A stretch of 64,000 bases of DNA from an uncultured Oligoflexia bacterium (lineage in GTDB: Bacteria > Bdellovibrionota > UBA1018 > CAZJVD01): assembly GCA_964549505.1 (NCBI GenBank), contig CAZJVD010000005.1:64618-128617 (forward strand). The letters run 5' to 3'. Within the stretch, counting starts at the first letter, position 1. Each line of letters opens with the position of its first letter. Shown piece by piece: positions 56,179-64,000 of the stretch. The translations under genes were made by a program, and so were the position numbers. The notes under the pieces were generated by a model. That model did no database searches. It was not told the origin of the DNA and saw only the letters and a list, made by a program, of their open reading frames with translations.

Positions 56179-59100
56179 ATGAACTGGAACGGACGAACAA
56201 AATCACAGCAGTTTCGAACGATCGACGACGCGAAGCCGGCGCGGGCGCATGCGCGTGCGGCGCCGAACCGAATAAATGCGGCGAACGCCGTCCACGCAGC
56301 CGTTCTGGCGCTCGCCTTTGCTCTGACACTCTCTCTGATTCTAGCGGGCTGTGCGGCCGACTATACAGACATCAACAAACTCAAAGCCAAGGCTCTCGGT
56401 AAGCTTTCGGCTCAAGCGCAACTCGAAGACGGTGTTCAAAACACAAAGATTCGTCTCCATCACACGGATTTTTATACGATCACTGGCCCCAACGCTTACA
56501 ACTGCGCAGGGGACATCAAACGCTTTTACGATTCGCTCGAAGGAAACGCGCTGGCTCCGACACAGTTAGCTGCCGATCTTGTGGACTCGTCGAGCACCAT
56601 CAAACCTTCGTTCTTGAAAAACGTCTCGACCGATATCACCGACTCCAACTCAGGCGTCGTGGGAAACTTAGCTTACAGCTGCTCGTACGGAGATGGCCTG
56701 GGCGTCACACCCGCTTCAAATTGCGCCAGCTTTGACTTCGGAGCCATTGGTGGAATTCCAACATCACTCGGCGGAACACTTCTTATCCAAGGCGGAATCC
56801 GAGATCTCAACTACGCCAATACCGAAGACGGCACGAACGGGCAGATCTCCACTGTGGCTTGTGGTCCGTTGATTCCACAATCGCAGATCACGGGCGCTGA
56901 CGAAGAAACCGGTGTCAATGCGTGTCCGACCGACTTCTACGCACTCGGCGTCGAGGTGCTGCCTCCGACTGCAGCCGGAACAAGCCTGGCACCAGGAGTC
57001 TCAGCACCCAACTCAAATCCTATCTCATCTTGGTTAAAGATGGACAGCAGCTCGACCACGCCTCAAGGCGGAACGGGCGGAGCCATGGTCTACAGCCAGC
57101 AGACAGCTCAAGCGATGCTTTTTGGTGGTTCCGCGCCGATCACAAGTTCTTCGTTCACAGATCCTCAATACGACACACGTGACACCTGGGTCTTCGATAT
57201 GAAAACCCAAACGTGGATCAAGATCGCGACGCAATCGACAAGCGCCGCGAATGTCACCACAATGAAAGACTGCGGAAAGAGCACGACCGCCAACTGCGGA
57301 AGTACGACGGCTTTGCTCGACGTTTCAAAAGATGTCGGCGGCCGTGCGGTGTTCGGCTATGTAGCGTCTCCGAACGTTTCATTACAGTCGATGACATCCG
57401 ACGGAACGGTTCTCGCAGCGCACATCGACCGCACACAGCGGATACTCGTCGCCGGAGGACTGCGCGGAATCGACGTGAGCAACTCGGCGATCTATCACGA
57501 CGATATTCACAAGTTCAATCCAACGTATGGACCAGAATTTGTCGACGTCGAAGATCAAGCAGCAGCAGCCGCTTCAGACCTCGTCACCCAATGGATGGAC
57601 AGTTACCACACACAACTCATGAACGGTCGAAACACGTTCAACCCAACCACTGTCTGCACGAACGCCGAAAACAAGCGCGTTTTGGCTCACAAAGCGATCG
57701 GAACTGCACCCGTCGGCTCTACCGACTGCTCGTACACGAACGGAAATGTTTTCAACTTTGGTTCGGCGTTCACTCGTACCTTCGCGAGCGCTCTCGCACC
57801 GGGATCCATGCTCGTGCTCGGTGGATTCAGTTCGGCGTCGACCACAGGAGCTGCTGGTGCAGCCAACGGTGGTAACATGCAGTGGTTCGAGCGCCTCTAC
57901 ACGACCGACCCACTCGACATCACACCTTCCAATACCAGCAACTTTTCTGTGATTCCCACATTCAACTTTGATGACAACTCCGGCGGCGCCTCGTCGCTCG
58001 TGCAAGGCCAAGAACTCTCACCAGGACTTTGGAAACAACTCGGCGAAGGTGGCGGTAACACGATTCCGGACTGGGGAGGTAACTCGATCGTCCCAGGCTT
58101 CGATTTGACCACGAACGAGTACGCGATCTTCGGCGGAACCAACTGCAAAAAGTACCTCGTCCCGACAAGCGGCGGTATTTGTCCGGGCACGGGTTCGACG
58201 ACCGTTACGTTCAACAGCGTCGACCTATACTGGGATCTCGGAACATCCGTACCCGACAGCGCGGGAGCCGGTCTCGGGAACGGTCTAGCGACGATCACGG
58301 CGACCGCGATCGCAGCGGCTCCACCTCCTCCGCAAAAAGCCGGCATCGCTACCGCACGTGGGCTCGATGGAGGAAACAACGCCATTCTTCTAGCTTGGGG
58401 TGGCACCAACGACGTCAATCTCAGCAACGTAACGGATCCGGCTATTTACTACTTGTATAACAACGCCGGAACACCAACTTGGGCGCAGGTCACACCCAAC
58501 GCGCCTCGACCCACACCCGTCGTGAACGGCACGATGGTCTTCAGTCATGTGACGAAAAAGTTTTATCTCTTCGGCGGGCTACGCACGTCTCCAACGATCG
58601 CGAACTCATCTGAAACCTGGGAACTTTCCGTTTCGGGTACCTGTACATCCTCGGGAACATGCACCTTCACATGGAAACAACTCGACGGTACTGCAGGTCT
58701 CACGTGCTATCCGTCGTGCCCAGCTTCCCGACGCAGCCACGGTATGGTCGAAGTCAACTATAATGACCAGAACTCAGGCCAGAGCGAATACACAAGCTGC
58801 GATCAGAACGACGGATGCAGTTTCGGAATCTTCATGGAAGGTGGAACACAAGACGGTATTAGCGTTCTATCCGATCGCTGGATGCTCGATCCGACGGCCA
58901 ACGGAGGACGCGGCCACTGGCAGAAAATGGAAGATCTTCCTCCGCGACGACTGCATGCCATGACGACGCTCAGTTACTTTGTCCCGTCGCTGAACCGCTC
59001 AGTTCACCGAACGCTGATTTTTGGCGGAGAAACCGGCTTGCATAGCCCAGGACAAACAAGCGCCACGGGACAGGTCTTCGTAGCACCGACGTTGGGCGAC

Positions 59101-60828
59101 ACACATATGTTTGACCATGAGACACAAACGTGGACGCGCGTTCAGCTGCTGGGCATGGGCGTGCATGATGATGGCATCGACTATGACTTTTCAGGCGACA
59201 CGCGATCACATCGCGAGGTTCGCCAAACCTATCTTGTCAACGACACGGACACGAATCGCACCACACTTCGACAACTCAGTCCGCCGCCGCTCGCAGGTCA
59301 CACGATGGTCACACGAACGTTTGGATCGGCTTCGTCTTCATCGACCAGTGCTGTCGAGCCGCTCGCTATTCCCGAAGTGTGGCTCGTCGGTGGCCGCAAA
59401 AAAGACGGTTCTTACGCAAAGCTGAACGAAGTCTGGAAGTTCTGCTCGGGAAGTACGGGAGAAGACTACGGCGAAGTGTTCACACTCGATTCGACTTCAG
59501 GAACCTATGTCGTCAGCAGTCAGGACTACACCACCAGCAAAGGTGTCTGTGACGCTTACGGCACGACTTCCAACCCGACATCGACGAGCCCAAGTCGCAC
59601 TGCCGAAGGTCGTTGGTTACGCAAAGTTCCTCTCAACAGTTCACTCGCCGCTATTCAAACGGACTTCTCCTTAGTTGCTGCGGACGCTGTTGATCCATCG
59701 GCGACGTACTCGTATCTCGGAGCAGCGACGTACAATCCGGTCGAGGACCGCATGATCTTGGTCGGCGGACTTTCTCCTGGAGCCGTAAACGAACTCATCA
59801 CCTCGTCAACAGCTCGAACGATCACGGGATACTCCGGCGGCAAGTTCAATGTCCTTGAGTACACGCCTCCGTCTCAGTCAATTATTCCGCAAGGCACGGG
59901 TGGCAGCGGAGGCACACCTGACAATGTCGGTCTCGACGATGGTGATCGATCGCTGCTGCACGGAATTTGGACCCAAGCACAACCCTGTTTCTCCACGTCG
60001 CAACCGACGGCTCGCTACGGTCATGCACTCGCCTACGATACGCTCAATCAACAGCTCATCTTAGTAGGTGGTTACGACGTCAACGACAGCGACCTCACCT
60101 ACACCCATATCTACAACACGACGTCGGGCGGAAGTGTCGACACGGCTGATGTCTGGGCTGCGAAGCGATACCGAACTGCTTCCGTCAGCGGGACAGACGC
60201 GACAACGAGTTACTGCTACGGCTGGCATCCGATCACGACGTACGGCAACCTCGTAGATACGGACGATCTCGTCATGCCGGACCACGGCTTGAGCCATATG
60301 GCTTACGCCTTTGTCCCGAGCACGGGTTACAACACAGGTTATTACTCTGTGTTCGATGAAGCGTGCGTAAATGCAGGACCGATTGCGTCTAATGACCCGA
60401 GTGTCTCCAAGCTTCTTGCCGGTGGCGTCGATATCGACCTCGATCGCGATAAACTGGGTCCGAACGAAAACATCTTGCTGCAGCTGACCCTCATGCCCCT
60501 TGGAGATCAGAACCGATCTCCCGATTCGACCATGTTTGATGAAGCCGAAGAGAGCGCCTTCCGTATCCATTTGATGTCGACAGGAAAAGACGAGGAAATT
60601 TTGAAACAAGTTTATCAGCCTCGTTACCTCACTTACACGGACGACCAAGCGTACCCAAAACTTATCGATACTCTTTCTGTTGTCTCCGTACCCACTGGAA
60701 AAATTCGCCAAGAACAGGTGCTAATTCCACTGAGCGCCTTCCCGGAAGTCGATCGCATTCGTATCGAACGGTACTCGGGATCGGCGATTTTGCTCGAAAC
60801 GACGCTACATAAGATGGGGTACCGATGA
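56179..60828 (+). CDS. giant (1549 aa) Kelch-repeat beta-propeller lipoprotein
   Basis: Lipobox LSLILAGC. Multiple Kelch-like blades (GG dyad...W-x-hD...T-x-T-W pattern, e.g. MVYSQQTAQAMLFGGS...TWVFDMKTQTWIKI; TLIFGGETG...THMFDHETQTWTRV). Confidence 0.6.
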   Translation: MNWNGRTKSQQFRTIDDAKPARAHARAAPNRINAANAVHAAVLALAFALTLSLILAGCAADYTDINKLKAKALGKLSAQAQLEDGVQNTKIRLHHTDFYTITGPNAYNCAGDIKRFYDSLEGNALAPTQLAADLVDSSSTIKPSFLKNVSTDITDSNSGVVGNLAYSCSYGDGLGVTPASNCASFDFGAIGGIPTSLGGTLLIQGGIRDLNYANTEDGTNGQISTVACGPLIPQSQITGADEETGVNACPTDFYALGVEVLPPTAAGTSLAPGVSAPNSNPISSWLKMDSSSTTPQGGTGGAMVYSQQTAQAMLFGGSAPITSSSFTDPQYDTRDTWVFDMKTQTWIKIATQSTSAANVTTMKDCGKSTTANCGSTTALLDVSKDVGGRAVFGYVASPNVSLQSMTSDGTVLAAHIDRTQRILVAGGLRGIDVSNSAIYHDDIHKFNPTYGPEFVDVEDQAAAAASDLVTQWMDSYHTQLMNGRNTFNPTTVCTNAENKRVLAHKAIGTAPVGSTDCSYTNGNVFNFGSAFTRTFASALAPGSMLVLGGFSSASTTGAAGAANGGNMQWFERLYTTDPLDITPSNTSNFSVIPTFNFDDNSGGASSLVQGQELSPGLWKQLGEGGGNTIPDWGGNSIVPGFDLTTNEYAIFGGTNCKKYLVPTSGGICPGTGSTTVTFNSVDLYWDLGTSVPDSAGAGLGNGLATITATAIAAAPPPPQKAGIATARGLDGGNNAILLAWGGTNDVNLSNVTDPAIYYLYNNAGTPTWAQVTPNAPRPTPVVNGTMVFSHVTKKFYLFGGLRTSPTIANSSETWELSVSGTCTSSGTCTFTWKQLDGTAGLTCYPSCPASRRSHGMVEVNYNDQNSGQSEYTSCDQNDGCSFGIFMEGGTQDGISVLSDRWMLDPTANGGRGHWQKMEDLPPRRLHAMTTLSYFVPSLNRSVHRTLIFGGETGLHSPGQTSATGQVFVAPTLGDTHMFDHETQTWTRVQLLGMGVHDDGIDYDFSGDTRSHREVRQTYLVNDTDTNRTTLRQLSPPPLAGHTMVTRTFGSASSSSTSAVEPLAIPEVWLVGGRKKDGSYAKLNEVWKFCSGSTGEDYGEVFTLDSTSGTYVVSSQDYTTSKGVCDAYGTTSNPTSTSPSRTAEGRWLRKVPLNSSLAAIQTDFSLVAADAVDPSATYSYLGAATYNPVEDRMILVGGLSPGAVNELITSSTARTITGYSGGKFNVLEYTPPSQSIIPQGTGGSGGTPDNVGLDDGDRSLLHGIWTQAQPCFSTSQPTARYGHALAYDTLNQQLILVGGYDVNDSDLTYTHIYNTTSGGSVDTADVWAAKRYRTASVSGTDATTSYCYGWHPITTYGNLVDTDDLVMPDHGLSHMAYAFVPSTGYNTGYYSVFDEACVNAGPIASNDPSVSKLLAGGVDIDLDRDKLGPNENILLQLTLMPLGDQNRSPDSTMFDEAEESAFRIHLMSTGKDEEILKQVYQPRYLTYTDDQAYPKLIDTLSVVSVPTGKIRQEQVLIPLSAFPEVDRIRIERYSGSAILLETTLHKMGYR

Positions 60829-60974
60829 TGCCACTAAAAGCGTTCAGCTCACGTATAGCCCCTGGCCAGTGTCTAAGCCTTAGACGGGCGAAAAAAGGCA
60901 TTACGCCTTCGGGACAGGTTTTATCTGCTTTGGTCGCGGCAAGAACTTTGCTTTGTAGCATCTGGAGGGGAAGA

Positions 60975-62873
60975 GTGAACAAAGCGTTAATCGCAATCGC
61001 CCTTGGTGCTGCGCTCTCAGCGTGCACGAATAATGCGCTCAATGCTGCGCTCAAAAAAGGCAAATCAGGCCTTCCTGCGATCAGCCTTGGCAATCTCATG
61101 ACGATCACCAATGTCGTGATCTCCAATAATTCGAGTTCAGATTTCGAGGTACTCGGTGCCGGCGACGATCCATTCGGACTGTGTATATCGGCAGGTGCGA
61201 CCACTCTCTTTGGTCCAAGCGCCTGTAAGTGCGTTTACAACTATACCAATCCAACTAACAGCGCCGTTCAAGTTCAAGAGGAAGTCGACACGACCTATGT
61301 CGAATCGAAACTCGTCCGATGCAGCACAGCGACGATCTCAGCCGCTGGCGCCACATCGGTCGATGTCTCGGTGAAACTCACGGCCGCAAACGCGGGGTCT
61401 AATTCTATCACCGTTGATTTCAGTGGTGCGACCAACGCGCTCGATCTATCGGATGCCACAAGCTTTACGCAAGTCGGTCGCTATCAGTGTCGAGATGTCA
61501 TCTACATTCCAAGTATGTTCTGCGGCAGCGGCGAGACGGATTGTATGTACGATCCGATTCAATCGGAAAGCACACGCTTCTCGTATCCTTTGAACTTTTA
61601 TGCCTCCAACTTAGGAGGCGCACTCGTCTCGTTTGCCCGAAAAGCATCGGCTGCCACAGGAACAGGGGTTGGGTTTTTTTCGAAGTGGGAATGCTCGATG
61701 GACGTCAAGAATCCAAAGGCATTTGAGAACAAGTGGATTTACTCTGTCGGACCGGACAGCGCCGGAAGCAAAGTGGTCTATCCACCGACGGCGGGCGCGT
61801 TCGATCGTGCGACATTTTATCTCGCTCGTAAACGAGCGGGCGTCTTCAATGTACCGATCAACGCCTTTGTCGCTCCTGGAACGCTGACCTCGAGTCCGGG
61901 CGTGGGCGGCATACAGGCTCCCGAAACGTTTGAGCCGATTGGTTATGGTGCACGCCCCGTAACAACGGCCGCCGGCGAAATCTGCCCAGAAACATCGACC
62001 ACGATTCCGTCTGGATTTGCTTGGGTTAAGGTTTGGGCGTTTGCGGGTGACCTCGTCCCGCGACGTTATGTTCAGACCACTCAAGACGTTGTGAGCTTCG
62101 GTCACGTCGGATGCAATCCCGACGACTACTCCGACGGCGAGTTTGTCTTTCCGGATTGTTCGGAGTCAGGACCCGTTTACCGAGCACCGCGCCTTGGTCA
62201 GATCACAAACTCGACGACAGGACTTGCGGCACGGATTTTCTTGGAAGCTGGAGCGTGTGTTGAGTTTGCACGAACACAGATAGCTGGTGGTCAGGTCGGA
62301 GCGCCCGTCGGTGCATCGGCAGTGGCGGCCGACTGGTTGACGGACATCGGGACCCAACCGTCTGCTGCGGGACGATCGCTCGCAACAGCGTCGTTTCCAA
62401 CCGACTATCCTAATGGAACGGACTGGTTTGCGAAGCCCTCCTCCGACAATCTCGGAACACCTTGGAATCTCGTCAGCCAAGCAGATGACAATGGCAGCAT
62501 CAGTAACGCCAACATCACTGCTGACAATATCTGGAGTCGCTACGACCAAGGCGCCGCATGGAGCAATACGATGGTGGATACGACAGATCTCGATAATGGG
62601 CAGTCTCGCGTAGATTATCTTTTCGTTGTTTCACCGAAGACCGTCATGTTCGATACGATGAACAATAGACTTCCTGGACATGAACCCTATTTTCCATACA
62701 CCTACAAACGCACCGAGGAATGCGACAGCCCCGATCCGGCCTCGGATCCGACTTGCGTCCTCAACGCTCAAAAGATCACGACGTACGACCTTTGGTCTGC
62801 CGAAATAACCTCAAACCCAGACGCGCCTTCGCAACAATTGGTCTATCCTGTTTGCGCACTTCAACCGATCTAA
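60975..62873 (+). CDS. Cys-rich hypothetical lipoprotein (paralogue A)
   Basis: GTG start after GGAGGGGAAGA gives VNKALIAIALGAALSAC (lipobox). An alternative ATG at 60825 is ATGA-coupled to the Kelch gene but gives a 66-aa pre-Cys leader. Confidence 0.5.
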   Translation: MNKALIAIALGAALSACTNNALNAALKKGKSGLPAISLGNLMTITNVVISNNSSSDFEVLGAGDDPFGLCISAGATTLFGPSACKCVYNYTNPTNSAVQVQEEVDTTYVESKLVRCSTATISAAGATSVDVSVKLTAANAGSNSITVDFSGATNALDLSDATSFTQVGRYQCRDVIYIPSMFCGSGETDCMYDPIQSESTRFSYPLNFYASNLGGALVSFARKASAATGTGVGFFSKWECSMDVKNPKAFENKWIYSVGPDSAGSKVVYPPTAGAFDRATFYLARKRAGVFNVPINAFVAPGTLTSSPGVGGIQAPETFEPIGYGARPVTTAAGEICPETSTTIPSGFAWVKVWAFAGDLVPRRYVQTTQDVVSFGHVGCNPDDYSDGEFVFPDCSESGPVYRAPRLGQITNSTTGLAARIFLEAGACVEFARTQIAGGQVGAPVGASAVAADWLTDIGTQPSAAGRSLATASFPTDYPNGTDWFAKPSSDNLGTPWNLVSQADDNGSISNANITADNIWSRYDQGAAWSNTMVDTTDLDNGQSRVDYLFVVSPKTVMFDTMNNRLPGHEPYFPYTYKRTEECDSPDPASDPTCVLNAQKITTYDLWSAEITSNPDAPSQQLVYPVCALQPI

Positions 62874-62890
62874 GAAAGGGAGACTAGGCT

Positions 62891-64000
62891 TTGAATCGCC
62901 ACACTCAAAAACGCAAATCGATCGTCACGATTCTGACAGCTGGCTTTGCGGTCATCTTTTTCTCGTCCTGTGCGAACTTTGGCGATGTGTCCAAGCTTTT
63001 GAAAAAAGCAAAAGACTCGCTCGCTCAGTTGAGTGGTATTCCGACATCAATGACGATTGCGAACGTTACGGTGGATTCATCCCAGTCGTCCTCAACTCCT
63101 GTCACGACGGTCTACATTAGCCAAACGGACTCACTCCATCCATTGACGGACTTCTGCTCAATACAAAGTTCGGGTACGATCAACAAAAATTGTGATTGCC
63201 TCTTTCGCTGGACAGAGAGCAATCAGAGCACCGGCAGTAACGTCACAATCAATCGTGAAGTCCGCTCCGCACTCGTCAGCGTTCAACCTTATCTCACGAC
63301 TTGTAACGCCCCAGAGGCATACGCCAATGAAATTCCAAACGGTACGCAGATCCGCATTTCCGTTATCCCACGCTCGGGTAACAATAGCGGTGGATTTGCA
63401 ACCGACGAATATCGGTTCACAAAGGGCACGACTGTTGCCGGTGACTTTTTCGATTCCGAAGGCCGCGCGTTCAACGATATCCTTCGCTACAGCTGCTATG
63501 AAAAGACAGCCAAAGGCCTCGGTGTTCGCAACAAGATCTTGAAAGCAACGAGTTCGTCAGGCGAGGAGAAACCCTTTCCACTTGCGAGCGGGTTCTGTCC
63601 CGATGGCGTGACGGCGGTCGAAGGTTGCGAAGCGTCCGCACCTGCTCAATACACAGCTCAGAGTTATTACTACGACTTGTCGGTTCCGTCGCAGATCGCT
63701 GGGATCATCAAGTCAGAAAATCAGAAGTATGTGTGCCCGAAAGTTCGCGAGCCGATCGATGGCAACGGTTCTATCGGAACGGAAGCGCGATTTTATCCGC
63801 TCGATAAAAGTTACTCATTGGCGCAGGCTTACAGTTCTGACTTCTCAGTTCCTGTTCAAGGGCCAACGGTTTTGGGCGTAACGAACGACCCACAGACAGC
63901 GACCACGTCGTGCAGTGTGCCCGGCGACACGGCACCTTCGCAGACTCAGCCTCCCAATCCGACAAGCATCGCCTACAAGTGTCAGGGTTTCGCCATGGTT
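62891..64000 (+). CDS. Cys-rich hypothetical lipoprotein (paralogue B), 5' portion; runs off the window end
   Basis: TTG start after AAAGGGAG. The signal plus lipobox is IVTILTAGFAVIFFSSC. The frame is open to base 64000. Its N-terminal region aligns with paralogue A (LKKGKSGLPAISLGNLMTITNVVIS versus LKKAKDSLAQLSGIPTSMTIANVTVD; CKCVYNYT versus CDCLFRWT). It is missing from the ORF track because it has no stop in the window. Confidence 0.45.
   Translation, partial: MNRHTQKRKSIVTILTAGFAVIFFSSCANFGDVSKLLKKAKDSLAQLSGIPTSMTIANVTVDSSQSSSTPVTTVYISQTDSLHPLTDFCSIQSSGTINKNCDCLFRWTESNQSTGSNVTINREVRSALVSVQPYLTTCNAPEAYANEIPNGTQIRISVIPRSGNNSGGFATDEYRFTKGTTVAGDFFDSEGRAFNDILRYSCYEKTAKGLGVRNKILKATSSSGEEKPFPLASGFCPDGVTAVEGCEASAPAQYTAQSYYYDLSVPSQIAGIIKSENQKYVCPKVREPIDGNGSIGTEARFYPLDKSYSLAQAYSSDFSVPVQGPTVLGVTNDPQTATTSCSVPGDTAPSQTQPPNPTSIAYKCQGFAMV

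Noticed and set aside
60825-60974. ATG at 60825 as the start of the Cys-rich lipoprotein
   Set aside because: It would give a 66-aa pre-lipobox leader. The GTG at 60975 with a strong GGAGG-type RBS gives a normal signal peptide. The choice is kept as an uncertainty rather than a firm rejection.
1-64000. CRISPR arrays, tRNA/rRNA genes, transposases, integrases or phage genes
   Set aside because: I saw no regularly spaced direct repeats with unique spacers, no cloverleaf-like or rRNA-like segments in the few non-coding gaps, and no recombinase or transposase-like ORFs. This was not checked computationally.

Overview
This is a gene-dense, GC-rich bacterial chromosomal window. GC looks to be in the high 50s % by eye (not computed). 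Intergenic pockets are AT-rich, and coding runs on both strands. I found no rRNA, tRNA, CRISPR array, transposase or integrase by eye.

Gene order, start to end:
- An RGG-box low-complexity protein.
- A class-V (kynureninase-like) PLP enzyme.
- An OPT oligopeptide transporter, a rhodanese and a GT4 glycosyltransferase.
- Two lipoprotein genes set in AT-rich islands.
- A Bcp peroxiredoxin carrying a histone-H1-like lysine-rich N-terminal extension.
- An envelope-polysaccharide block (GT-C-like membrane protein, DUF1700-like protein, TetA-like MFS, GT9 heptosyltransferase, GT2, Wzx-like flippase).
- A Mg/Co transport and RimK block (CorA, ATP-grasp, RimK, RimK-associated zinc protease, CorC/CNNM).
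- An S41 peptidase and AhpC.
- A minus-strand Fe-S biogenesis operon (SufU-like, SufB, IscA, Mrp/ApbC, Nfu) ending in a truncated haemoglobin that carries in-frame minisatellites.
- Ferrochelatase, two TPM-domain proteins and LemA.

The most interesting region runs from about 33.4 to 48 kb. It holds a giant secreted TPR protein translationally coupled to a GYF-PilZ (c-di-GMP receptor) protein. Divergent from it are a tandem Ig-like-domain protein, a small secreted protein and an FHA-domain protein with a TonB C-terminal domain. These are followed by one TolQ/ExbB/MotA-like channel with a long acidic tail, two ExbD/TolR paralogues and three coupled secreted hypothetical proteins. The arrangement resembles AglRQS/Glt-type (myxobacterial or Bdellovibrio-like) proton-motive-force-driven envelope machines, but with unusual domain combinations. 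I read it as a candidate c-di-GMP-linked Ton/Agl-like machine whose function has not been tested.

Downstream lie a LivFGMHK-type ABC importer, DedA, a FecR-domain protein with a (CSGRGG)n repeat, a 1549-aa Kelch beta-propeller lipoprotein and tandem paralogous Cys-rich lipoproteins (the last partial). A dispersed family of CTTGTNCCGGNACAAG palindromes (REP-like) occurs at two loci. All coordinates are from the supplied ORF track and were refined by reading the sequence. No database searches were run.
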